From positions 434,001 to 498,000 of the forward strand of contig AP026142.1 in assembly GCA_030295235.1 (NCBI GenBank): DNA of 64,000 nt, given 5' to 3'. The stretch comes from Fistulifera solaris. Lineage: Eukaryota. Each line of letters opens with the position of its first letter. The stretch's first letter is position 1. Shown here piece after piece: positions 11,176-22,933 of this stretch. The notes below the pieces were generated by a model that was given only the letters and a program-made list of their open reading frames with translations, searched no databases and was not told the DNA's origin. The translations under genes and the position numbers were made by a program.

Positions 11176-13810
11176 CCGGAGATGGTATATTATGTTCCGA
11201 CCGAGTCGCAGGATGCCGAAGTCCCTGAGATAAAGGAAGCTGATGAGTTTGACTATGATTCGTACAATCAATATATCTCAGCAAGGGTGATGCTTCCGCA
11301 AGTGGACTCGATGTCATAAGGTACAGTTAAAGGTCGAAAGCACGACCAAGATGGGAACCCTATTGGCCGGTACCATCCTAACCCTTTGCTTGAAACCGCT
11401 CTGTATGAGATCGAATTTGATACAGGTGAAGTGGAGGCTTATCATGCAAATCAGATTGCTGAAGCCATCTATGCCGAAGTTGATGACCATGGGCGTGCGA
11501 GTTATGTCCTAAAGGAAATTGTGGACTATAAGAAGGAGTCGTACGGTCCCGCCCTGAAGAGGCATTTGTAATTGTCAACAATCAAAAGTATCCTAAGCGG
11601 ACTACCAAGGGATGGAAGTTGTGTTGTTTATGGAATGACGGCACTACTACTTGGGAGAAATTGAAGGACTTAAAGCATTCTCACCCTTTACAACTAGCGG
11701 AATTTGCTGTTGCAAGACAGATTGCTGAGGAGCCTGCTTTCTCATGGTGGGTTCCCTACACGCTCAAGAAAAGGACCAGGATCATCAAAGCAATGGCTAA
11801 GCGCTACTTTTGTGTCACTCAGAAGTACGGCATTGCATTGCCAAAGACAGTTGAAGAAGCATTGGCGATTGATCGTGCTACGGGTACTGACTTTTGGGTA
11901 AAGCGATTGCGAAGAGATGCGTGCGGTAGCTAAGGCGTTTCAGATCCTTGACGAAGACGCTCCCAATCCAGCTGGTTTTACCAAGATTGCGGTTCACATG
12001 GTTTTTGATATAAAACCAGACTTCACACAGAAGGCCCGCTTCGTAGCAGGGGGGGCACATGACGGATCCGCCAAGCTCGATTACCTATGCTAGTGTTGTA
12101 TCAAGAGAACGTAGCGGATTGCCTTCCTACTATGCGGCATTGAAGACCTGGATATTATGGCAGCAGATATTGGAAATGCGTACTTGAATGCACCAGTTCA
12201 AGAACGGATCTTTATTATTTGCGGTGCTGAATTTGGTCCACGGTTCAAAGGCCGAAAGGCGAAGATCGTATAAGCTCTCTATGGACTGAAAAGTTCTGGA
12301 GCTGCGTGGAGGTCATATCTTAGTGAGTGTTTGTATGAGTCGTTGAATTTTACACCTTGTCGAGCGGATAATGATGTATGGATACGGCCAGCCCAGAAAG
12401 CGGATGGGACAAGTTACTATGAAATGGTATTGGTCTACACGGATGATATTCTGTGTGTTTCTGCGGCGCCGGAAGCGATTCTGTACAAGCTTGATCAACA
12501 CTTTCTATTGAAAGAGGGTTTGATAGGCAAGCCAACTCACTACTTGGGTTCAACGATTGGTCAGCATCAGTTCCCGGGTGATGAAAAGCCTTGTTGGTCA
12601 ATGAGTTCGAATGAATATGTGAAGAAAGCAATACAAAATGTTTGTCTTTGGTTAGAGAAGCGAGATGAGACTTTACCAAAGAAGGCGTCAAGTGTTTTAC
12701 CACCAAAGTATTGTCCGGAGCTTGACATATCACCTGAGTGCGATGACGACGAAATCCAGTTTTATCATTCGCAAATAGGGGTTTTGCGCTGGATGGTCGA
12801 GCTTGGAAGAGTTGATATTTGTGGTGAAGTTTCGATGCTTGCGTCTCAGAGTGCCATGCCAAGGAAAGGTCATCTAGCTGCGGTTGTGCATGTGTTTGCA
12901 TATTAGATGTCGCATGAAAGGTCTAAGATAGTGTTCGATCCATCATATGTGGAGCATACCAGACAACCTAGACCCGATTGGAATGACTTTTACCGTGATG
13001 CTAAGCCTATAATTCCTACGGATTGTCCAAAGCCATTGGGTAAGCCTGTGCAAATAACGTGTTTGGTTGATGCTGACTTGGCGGGTGACCATGTTACTCG
13101 TCATTCCCGTACAGGTGTCTTGATCTATTTGAACAGGTCTTTGACGGTATGGTATAGCAAGAAGCAGACTTCGATTGAGACGTCAACATTTGGTGCTGAG
13201 TTTAGTGCTATGAAAACGGCAGTTGAATTAATTGAAGGTCTATGGTACAAACTACAAATGATGGGTGTTCCGGTAGAATATCCTGCAGTTGTCAAAGGTG
13301 ACAATATGTCGGTGATCAAGAACTCGAGTATTCCCGAATCAGTTCTGAAAAAGAAGTCCAATTCGGTGGCATATCACTACGTACGTGAGCGAGTTGCGAT
13401 GGGTATTGTTGATATATCCTACGAGCCTACGAAGACGAATTTGGCAGACATTTTAACAAAGCTTCAAGCTGGGAATGTACGAGATCCACTGGTGAAGCGT
13501 ATTTTACATCAGTGATGCAGGCGATAGGTCCCGATGCACTGGTTGGGTAGTTATGTTTACTATTCCGATGGGATGAGCCTTCTGGAGATAAGTTTTTTTT
13601 TGTCCAGGTACAGTGATTGAAGTTCAAGTTTGATACGTGGTTTTGACGTATTTTCCACGGACAAGTCGATGTGTGGTTTTGATGTATTTTCCACATGATG
13701 AAGGATTGATTCGATGGATGAATCTTCATGGTTTTTATGTTGTTTTTCCATGAAATAAGGGTTAGTCGGTTATGAAAGACACGTTGAAGCCCTAGTTCGG
13801 GTCTCATCGT

Positions 13811-13817
13811 GAGGGGA
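13811..13817 (+). promoter_or_regulatory. Polypurine tract of the Copia element
   Basis: GAGGGGA lies just before the 3' terminal repeat. Confidence 0.75.
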
Positions 13818-13818
13818 C

Positions 13819-13887
13819 CAAAATAACCGAGTGTAGTACAGACGGAGAAGCCTCTGTGGTAGATGTAACACTTTTAGTTATAATTTT
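13819..13887 (+). repeat. 3' terminal direct repeat (truncated 3' LTR)
   Basis: Matches 4238-4315; clear similarity stops after ATAATTTT. Confidence 0.8.
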
Positions 13888-14824
13888 AGAGAGTCATTAG
13901 CTTCGAAAAATTTCTTTGAAGTCAAACAGGACAGAAGATGATAAATGAAAGCAAATTGAAGTAACGTAGGAAACAAAAAATGAGGTGCACATCTCTAAAT
14001 AGATAATTCAAAAGGCTGTTTATAAGTATTGTGGTTGTACTGTAAAATAAATGAATAGTTTGAGAGGAATAAACGTTTTTTCGATTGTATTTGTAGTGTA
14101 TCGGTGGTCCGAAATTGGCCAGACAGATATATTTGATCAATAGCAAGTGTGTGAACCGAGGTAACATGCACATCAGCGCCTTGTGGTACAGTGGGTGGAC
14201 ATGAAGAAAGCTGCGCGCACCAGGGATTCATCCTTCATCCAAAATAATTGGCCGAAGATTAAGCAAGCAACCGAGCAATCATCTCTCAGTCAATTCCGTT
14301 GACAATTGACGGAGCAATCATCATGCGATCAAAAAGGATTATCAACTTAAAATCATTTACTTTGACAGATACTTAAAGATGCAATCACGCAACGCTTTCG
14401 GCAAAACAAGAGTGTTCATTGATCATTGATCATTGATGCCGCCGGAACAATTTTATGAGAGGAGCGTTCGTTCGATTATTGCACTGACGGAGCAGTGATG
14501 ACAAACGGCCGTTTGAATTTTAGTTATCTAGGTAGATATAAAAAGTGAGGCAGGCTCGGTCACCTTGTGACGTAGGCGCGCGAACAAGGCGCATGGGCCC
14601 GTGTTTTGCAAAAGTTTTGCAATAAGTGTTTTGCAATTAATGACTCTCATAATTTTACGCCACTGCCTTATTTCGCCAGTTCGACTATATCTCAAATTCT
14701 CCAAATCACAAAACGACCCACCGCGCATTTCTCATGTTTACAAGTTACAAGTAATTTTATTGAATCATTTCCCAAATAACACGCGAAGAATGATAGTAAC
14801 ATTTTGTTCCTTCGCAATAGCAAT

Positions 14825-16446
14825 ATGATCAGAAATGAAGCTTCAGAAGTAACACCGCTGGCAAAGCAACGCAAGAATAAAGTGTTCCGCGAAGAAGAGC
14901 ACATCTCCCGACAACTGGCACTGGAAGAAACCAAGAATCTCATCCAATTAGCCGTTCCCACCGTCGGGATTCAAATAGGAGCCGTTGTTCCTCCACTTTT
15001 ATTGACATCCTATATAGGCCGCACGTACGGTTCTGTCCGTCTCGATGGATTTCTCCTCGCCAGCCTCACGGGAAATTTATTTACTTTGGCCTTGTTGCAA
15101 GGACTCTTTTCCGCATCGGACACGTTGTCACCGCAAGCATTTGGAGCCAACAATGAGCGTGAAGTGGGACTATTAGCGATGCGAGGGTTCTTGGGGAGCA
15201 TGATGGTTATGATACCCGTTAATGCCGTCCTCGTGACTCACATGGGTCCTATTTTGGAATTCGTAGGCATCGACCCGGAAGTATCACATAATGCGTGGCA
15301 ATGGTACCGAATCTACATCCTTTCTTTGCCTTTTTACGCACTCTTTCAAGTGACTTGGAAATTTCTGTCGGCGCAAAGTGTTTTGTTTCCATGCGTGGTT
15401 GCGGTCGGCGTGAGTAGTCTGCTGGTGTTGCCAGTAGCACTCGTGGTATGGACACATTTTTGCGGATACTTGGGCACCGCTTGGGCCCTGGTTACATATC
15501 AAGTGATAGAACCACTACTGCTGCTCCTGTATATTTGGTGGAAACAACCGCACAGGCCGGAAACGTGGCCAGGACTGGCATCCTGGAACGAGGCGTTGGA
15601 GGAAAGACGCTTCTGGTCCTATATTGTAAGTCGATTGCGCTCGAAAAGTTGTGGTGCATTAAGCACAAAGGTTTCATCTGTATTGACTCGCACTGAATTT
15701 GTTATTTTCTCGATTACATCTAGGCACTCGGAGCTGGCGGGATTTTGGCGAGCTCGGAGTGGATTTACTGGGAGTCACTAACACTCATGATTGGTACCAT
15801 TGGAGTCGAAGCATTATCGATACATGCCATTCCATCTTATGTTGTCATGGTTATATTTATGTTCCCTTTGGGATTGGGCATCGCTTTGGCCATTCGGATG
15901 GGTCATACGTTGCCTCACAGTGTTTCGCGCACCAGAGAGCTCGCGTTTGGATGCTGGTGCATCAATGCGGTACTCTCCGGAGTCGTAGCTATCATGCTGC
16001 ACGTGACACGTCATCATCTTTATCGTATTTTCACAAACGACCCCATCATTCAACAAGGAGCAGACGAAATCTGGCCCCATGTGTGTATATTTCAGTTCGG
16101 ATTGAGCATATTCGCAATTAACATGGGGCTAACGACTGGTCTGGGAATGCAATGGACGCTGGGCCTGGTCACTATCCTCTTTTTATGGGTTCTTGGATTG
16201 CCATCTGCCTATTACTTTGCAATTACCCGGAGAGGAGGACTACTGGCGGCCTGGCGATGCGTTTGGCCGCCGTACTTGGCCATTAATTTTGTTCTCATGC
16301 TGGCGGTATGGTGCAAGGATTGGGAAGAGATTGCAAAACAAATTCGTGCGCGAGAAGAGTTGACAGGAAACAGTCCACTTACTCCTCCTAAACAGCTGCA
16401 CAAACGAACATTAGATCAGTACTATGGAGCAACATGCGAGCGTTAG
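14825..16446 (+). CDS. MATE-family efflux transporter (2 exons)
   Basis: GLFSASDTLSPQAFGA, KFLSAQ, SEWIYWESLTLMIG and FMFPLGLGIALAIRMG motifs, with about 12 TMs. Intron 15626-15723 (GTAAGT...TAG) joins the frames. Confidence 0.9.
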
Positions 16447-16719
16447 CTGCGTTTTGGAAGATGACGACAACACTCTCCGCTGTGACGTTATGGCTTGCTT
16501 TCTGTCGTACACTGTCACCACTCTATAGCCTAAAAGGTACCGTTGGATAGGACCGGTACCGGTACCAGGTACTTGTACTGGCATTCCCTCTTCCGCCGAC
16601 ACCACGAATTCAACCGTGCACCATTCATTAAAAAAACCAATCAACTTCACCTTCGTCGTTGAAAGAAGAGATTTTGTTTGTAAAATAGTGAAAGCTCCAG
16701 TCAGTGCCTCGCAACCAAA

Positions 16720-18206
16720 ATGGGAAGACCAGAGTTTAAGTAAGTGGCAGTGGCGGGCTCGCGAAGAAATAAATCCGTTTTAAAACTCTCATCTCGTCAG
16801 TGCTGTCGCGTCACGTCCTTTTCTTTCAGTGCCTTTCGGGATTTTCTTTCCGGCACCATTATGGCGGCCACGTCGGTTCCCCAGTTGATTGCGTATGCTG
16901 AAACGGTTGGTTATGCCGGATATCGAGGACTGGCTACGGCTGGGCCGCCACTTATTGCTTGGGGCGTGGTGACAGGAAGCCCGTTTATGAATGCTGGAGT
17001 GACTAGTATCACTGCACTTATGGCAAAATCTGATTTAGACGGCGAGCAATTTGTACAGAAATACGGAGAAGAAGCTTATGTGCTGTTAGTGGCCACATAC
17101 TCCTTGTGCATTGGTATCGCATCCGTTTTCTTGGCCCTGGTCGGTTTCGGGAAATTGGCTCAACTCGTTCCTGGCTGCGTCCGCCGTGGCTTCAAATGGG
17201 GCTGTTCTATTGGGGTTCTAGTGGCAGCTATTCCCAACGGTTTCTTTTTGAAGGGTGGGGGTGACTTGAAACAACTGGTGGCTTCTTCTGATTTCATTCG
17301 AGACACCATTGCCAAACCGTTACATGGAAACTTACCGGGTGCCATCAGTGTCGCGCACTGTTTGTATGGACTGACTCATCCTTGGGAATGGGGATTAGCA
17401 CCAGCTGTAATGTTCGTCTTTGGGACTGCTTTTGTCATTAAAGGCCCCAACTATTTGCCAAAAGCTCTCCCACCGGGGTCAGAGGTCATTATTGTAACGG
17501 CACTCGCTACTGTTTATAGTGTTTATGTCAACTACGAAGGCGCTGTCGTGGGTGAAATTCCGACGTTAGACCCAGATGCAGGACTGTTCTTTTTTCAAGG
17601 GAAGCTTCGAATACCAGTCCAATTTGTCAGCGTTTCCGACCTAATCGGCAACATTCCCGCACTGGTCGGACGATTTGGAGGCTCGTTCATGATGCTCGCC
17701 TTGTCAAGTATCATCTTTGCGGCAGTTAACTTTTGTCTATTATGGGAATCGCTTCAGGGTTTGAGAGTGAAGACGGAATTGAATGGAGCGCCGAACGGGA
17801 GATGGTATCGCAAGGCGTCAGTTGCGGGGTGGCGGCTGCCGTGGGTTCCGCTCCTGTTTCAGGCAGTTTATCTCGCTCTCTGGTTTCCAGAATGACAGGA
17901 ACAACTAGTCAACTCGCTTGCATTATTACAGCTTTAGAGTGGATCTATTTACAGCCCTATATGAGCATCATGGCGCCCACTCCCAAGGCGGCTCTCAGCG
18001 CAGTGATTGCGAGTGCCGTCATCCAAGGCGTTTGTGTTCCAAAGGATTTGCTTAAGATGAGTGGCGTCGATGCGTTGGTAGGATGGGGCACCGGTTTCGC
18101 TACCGCTCTTTCCAGTCCAACTCAGGGTTTTGCGGCTGGGCTTGTGCTGTACGCAGCAACGCTAATTTTCCGACAAGGGGGAGACAAAAGAGAGAAGATG
18201 GACTGA
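16720..18206 (+). CDS. SulP/SLC26-family anion transporter, no STAS domain; 1-nt frameshift in a T-run near 17733
   Basis: DFLSGTIMAATSVPQLIAYA, EREMVSQGVSC, PVSGSLSRS and PKAALSAVI motifs. Short exon 16720-16739 and intron 16740-16829. Confidence 0.85.
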
Positions 18207-18224
18207 TGGGTGTGCGGCATCTCA

Positions 18225-19803
18225 TTACACTTTATTGCTAGCTATACTATTTGTACTATCGTCTTCCTCTGTCGTCATTATCTCCCTCATCGTGTTCGCA
18301 TTAAAATCAAAGCCAGATCGAGGCACAACAAGCTCCATAAGATCATCTGCAAAGAACACACGCGTTCCTTTTCTCTTGATTTGTCGACTCGCTTCGGCGA
18401 TACGCGCTCTCACGGATGACGAGTTCCGAATCGTCGGACTGTGATGTACCAATGCCAGCACACACGGATTCACTTCATTCGCGAACATACCAGCCATTGC
18501 GGCTGACGAATGACCTGCAATCATAACTTTCGAGTCGGAATCCTCTTCGGAAAGGGTATTTTCATGAAGTATCACATCAGTGCCTCGGCACAAATTTGCC
18601 ATGACTGGTGGTACAGCATAGCAGTCACCAAGAATAGCAAGCTTCCTTGGCCTGCCTTTTTCACCTATCATAACCTCCTCAGGCTGAATCATACAACTTT
18701 CGTCATCCGATAGAACGGGAAAGCCCCACTTTAGTGCTTTATACTTCCTGCTAGGTTTCAGCCCTATACTGGTGGCTTTTTCGCTGTCAATATTGATGGA
18801 TTGTGTCTTCGGTTCTTCCACAACATAACCCACGCACTGAAGTTTGGGCGTGTGTTCTACTTCGGCTGCTGTAATATACATTCCACGATAGCGCGACGCA
18901 TGAGTTCGCTCGGCTTCTTCTATTGTGTTCACCTCGGGTGGAGTCATAATCGTCCATGTACCATCGGCATTTCTAGGAATTGATTTTCGTATAAGACCAC
19001 GATGCCGAAACTCTGTAAAATTCTTTTGAATTCCAGGATGCCTCCACCGACAGGAACCACCAATGAGCTCGTACACTTCCACTCGCAAAAGCTTAAGCTC
19101 CGCCGCACTTAAACTCAAAGTCATTGCAATAAAATTATGCAATCCAACAGGACCGTATATTTGTATAGTTTTAGTTGCTGATTGCTGCACTGAAGCTATC
19201 ACTTGAAGATATAGTAAAAGGCCCGGAAGTCCAAAGACGTGATCTCCATGAAGATGCGTAACTATTTTTTGTGAGACGAAAAAAAACAATCAAAAGAAAC
19301 CAATGGTACACGAAAGGGTGGATCGACTCACTGAATATCTTCTCAATTTCTCCCAAGTTTACGGACGACATCATCAACTGACGTTGTACTCCATCTCCGG
19401 CATCAAACAGAAAGGTTTTGCCTCCCATCCGCAATGCCGAAGATGTTTGACTGCGAAACGGAGACAATGATGCACCAGTTCCCAAAAACGTAATGGTGAA
19501 GCCCGAATCGAGGTGTGCCAGATGATCATCCGTACAACCCGATACGCGAACGTACGGTTTCAAGTCCGGGTGGAGAACGACTCCCGCTTCGTTGACGCTC
19601 AATGTCCCGGGAACTTGAAATTCCGAGGCTGACGACTCTGGTAAAGACCGAGGATGCGTACTGTGCAGAGGTCTTCGATCAATCTTCATGTGAATATGAA
19701 CGCCACTGTTTATTGGTGCTGCGGCAAATATGTTATAGATTGGTCGGATAGAACACTCCCGCGGTCTTATTCTGGACCGAAGAACACACGTAAATCGGGG
19801 CAT
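18225..19803 (-). CDS. Ribonuclease Z (short, bacterial-type tRNase Z), probably organelle-targeted
   Basis: FLGTGAS, FLFDAGDG, ITHLHGDH (across intron 19262-19331), a flexible arm, ILGDC, LHENT, GHSS and LVHHS. Arg-rich N-terminal extension; start uncertain. Confidence 0.88.
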
Positions 19804-20939
19804 TCTTGATTTTGATTCTTTCACCCCTACAAATCAAAGGCACAATACTGAAAATCCAACTAAAGGACGAAATTCACCCACTTCAACAACCTCTTTTATA
19901 ACGAATGCAACAGCGAAAAATAGTTTTGTTTACGAAAGACTTCGTCAGTTTGTATTGGCTATCGTAAACACGCTGCCGATCAATAGGAACGAAATTGTTA
20001 TTGTTTTTGTTTTATTCGTTTGCGTTTGCGTTTTTTATTGTCGTCCAATGATTTGATTCTGTCGCAAAGGCTTTACTTTCACGAATGACGGCCAGTCGTG
20101 CGTAGAAAACGGCGGCGGCGGGTCATCGTCATCGTTCATCGTGTATCGTGTCATCCAGTTGTCCGTTGAGCTTTCAGTTCCTATGTATTAGAGGGGCCCG
20201 CGTGAGATTACCTAGTAAAAAACAACCGTAGCGACAGAAGGAACAATCGAATGCTGTCGAACCCGTTTCAGAGCCACGTTGCCACCTCGTAGACTTTTGT
20301 ACCGGTCCGAATGTGCGGGAAAAGTCGAGAAAAACTCCTTTCGTCTCTCGTCTCGCTTCGTTCACAACACAGCTCGCCCTTTGTGCTGTTGCTGTGTGAC
20401 TTGGTTGTTCTCCTTTGCTTACTTTTTCAATAGGGCCACAATTGCCCTCTCTTAATTATATTCTCATTTTTAAAACAAAAATGTGAGTTGTACTAGTTAA
20501 TGGTGAACGCGTTGCAAGGATAGAAACGAACTCTTCCATTATTTGTTCGGTTTGCCTGCGGTGTTTTACTGTGCGTAACCACATCTTCCGGCGAGCGTCG
20601 ACGGACGGGCGAACGTAGAGTCAACACGGCGAAGGAATGAATCGCCGTTGATTTCCTGAGCGCATGCTTGTCTTTCATTTTTTCTTTTTGCTCATTCTGT
20701 AATTATATATCCTTCGCTTTAACAGTAAGGATTAAATAAAAAGAAAGCAAATTAGGGAATAGTCGGGGAAGTTTCGCTCCTCTTTAGGGAGTCATCTTGC
20801 TTTTCGCGTCCTTATTGGACTTTTTCGGTAATAGGCACCGGAATCGACAGCTTGTCATCTACTTTACATTCACCGAGAAAAATTGGAATTTGCCTTGTTC
20901 TGCATTTTTTTTATCAAAATTGGAAAGTTTCCTCCGTTT

Positions 20940-22602
20940 ATGAATCAAACAATGGCAACGGTATCGACGATGAATCGACCTCCCCCGCCCGGTCGCTCTG
21001 CCCCAAATGGCACGGACCGGCCTCCCCGACCCCCTACAAAACCCCCACCGCCACCACCCCCGCGCAAAAGCGCTCCTCCCCCACCACCCCCTTCTTCTTC
21101 GACAAAACGTCTGGGGCCGGCGAATAACGAACATGAACCAGAGACCAAGAAACGTCGCGGTTCGGTTTCGATCATGGCACCGGTTGTTATGCGTGACGTG
21201 AACGTTTTTGACAAAAAACATCAAGTTGGTCAAGGTACGTCATTTGCGGGGAGATCAACGAAAGCTTTGGTTGCAACTTTCTGTTTCTCAATCCGTGTTC
21301 TGTTTCTCATCCTTTCAAGGTACCTATGGTAGTGTTTTTGTCGGCCAAGACAAAGTCACCCGCGAAATCGTTGCTTTGAAACGTATCAATACGGAACAAG
21401 AAGAGAACGGTTTCCCCATCACCGCTATCCGCGAAGTCAAAATCCTAAAAGCTCTTCGACATGTCAATATTGTCAACTTGAAGGAGATTGTCACGTCAAA
21501 GGGTGCGTTCATGCTGTTTGTGTTTTGATTGGCGGAAATAAAGTTTCGCGTGTTGTTGCGTTTTCCACGAAGCAGTACGCAGTTCTGTCCGCCTACAAGA
21601 AAAGGCAGTTATCTATCACAGGTCGTGCTCTTTTTTCGCTCGCTCTGTATACACCCTGCCACAATGTTTGTGCTGTTGTTGTGTTCGTATTATGTTGGCA
21701 AAGTCCATCACGATTATTCTGACGTTCTTCGTTTTTCACCATTTTTGTTTGGGTGTTGCATTGGTGCCACTTTAGAACAAGGTGAAATTCCGAAGAACGT
21801 TTTTATGGTCTTTGAGTACCTCGAGTATGATCTTACGGGAGTCTTGGACACTCCCGAGATTCGCTTTACTCAAGACCACATTAAGTCATGGTCTCAGCAG
21901 CTTCTTAGCGGAGTTCACTACATGCATATCAACAAGGTCATTCATCGTGATCTCAAGTCGTCGAACTTGCTTATCAACAAGAAAGGACAGCTTAAGATCG
22001 CGGACTGGGGTCTTGCTCGTAGTTGGAACGATGAAATGAAGCGACTGACGAACAAGGTCATCACGCTTTGGTACCGACCTCCCGAACTGTTGCTTGGCTG
22101 TGCCAAGTACACGTCCAAGATAGACATGTGGAGTGTTGGTTGCATCATTGCTGAGATGTTCCGCAGAACCGGACTGTTCAAAGGATCGAGCGAAGCCACT
22201 CAGCTTGACTTGATCTTCCGCACGTGCGGCCATCCGAGCGAAGAAAATTGGCCTCATATCGATGAGTTGTGTCCTCTCTGGCGCAAGTTCGAGCCGAAAG
22301 AAAGCGAGCGATTGCCCGATCGTTTACGCGAGGCTTTGAAAGCCAACCTTCCCCGTCCGGAATGGATGACAGAGAACGCCATTAGTCTCATTTCCAAACT
22401 CATAACTATGGACCCTAACCAGCGTTGGTCCGCGTTGGAGGCGCTAGATGCTGATTACTTTTTCGAGAATCCCATCGTGAAGAGTGCCGACAAGCTCTCC
22501 ATGAACTTTTCCGTCCATTCTGTTCACGAGTGGGAATGTCGCCGTAAATTTGAGCAGAAAATGGCTCAGGCTAGAGCTCCGCAAGCAAGCGCCAACAATT
22601 AA
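20940..22602 (+). CDS. CDKC: Cyclin-dependent kinase C (CDK9/12-like, PITAIRE), Pro-rich N-terminus, 3 exons
   Basis: VGQGTYG, VALKRI, GFPITAIRE, HRDLKSSN, ADWGLAR and VITLWYRPPELLLG. Introns 21235-21319 and 21503-21775. Confidence 0.92.
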
Positions 22603-22933
22603 AAAAGCTCACACAAAAATCCTATCTTTTACTTCAGGCAATCCAACTTCATGTGTAGTGTTTCGTGCAACCCTCAACAAACGGATTATTCTCCTCTCTT
22701 TCTACTTCTCTCTCTCTCCTCTTCACAACCAAAACATAGAAAAATGATGCACAGCGTACGATTAACTTAGTCACTTAAATTATATGGTATGCACAGACAC
22801 GTTAGTACCAAAGGAGTATAGTACAGTCAGCTCTTAGTATTCGAGTAGACACGGTGCATTTTTGTTGTTCGTCTAATAATTATAAAGGTGTCTTGTAACT
22901 CTCAATACGTAGCTGATGGTCGGTCTGATCACT

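Larger units (their letters stand above)
5234..13515 (+). pseudogene. gag-pol polyprotein, disrupted
   Basis: Domains are recognisable across many ORF fragments. The frame is broken by a 554-bp insertion, a 2.3-kb duplication, in-frame stops (e.g. 12904-12906) and frameshifts. Confidence 0.9.
4238..13887 (+). mobile_element. Ty1/Copia LTR retrotransposon of diatom CoDi type, degenerate
   Basis: Domain order gag (ATG 5234, MAANLAAFNNYLRD), protease (AELDLHCDTC), integrase (DLAKRWSIG; YCDIL; IPDNA; EFGWYDWVW), RT (AADIGNAYLNA; LYGLKSSG; YTDDIL), RNase H (VDADLAGD; IETSTFGAEF; NLADILTK; stop 13515). PPT GAGGGGA at 13811-13817 and terminal direct repeats. Confidence 0.95.

Noticed and set aside
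13636..13754. Spaced repeats as a CRISPR-like array
   Set aside because: Only three degenerate units with irregular spacing, in a eukaryotic retroelement context with no cas genes.
13922..14231. Hydrophobic minus-strand ORFs as the missing 5' half of the MscS paralogue
   Set aside because: AT-rich sequence gives hydrophobic residues by chance; no motif match and no TSD.
14417..14438. (CATTGAT)3 and other short tandem repeats, such as (GAC)7 in the FKBP intron
   Set aside because: Ordinary slippage repeats with no sign of function.
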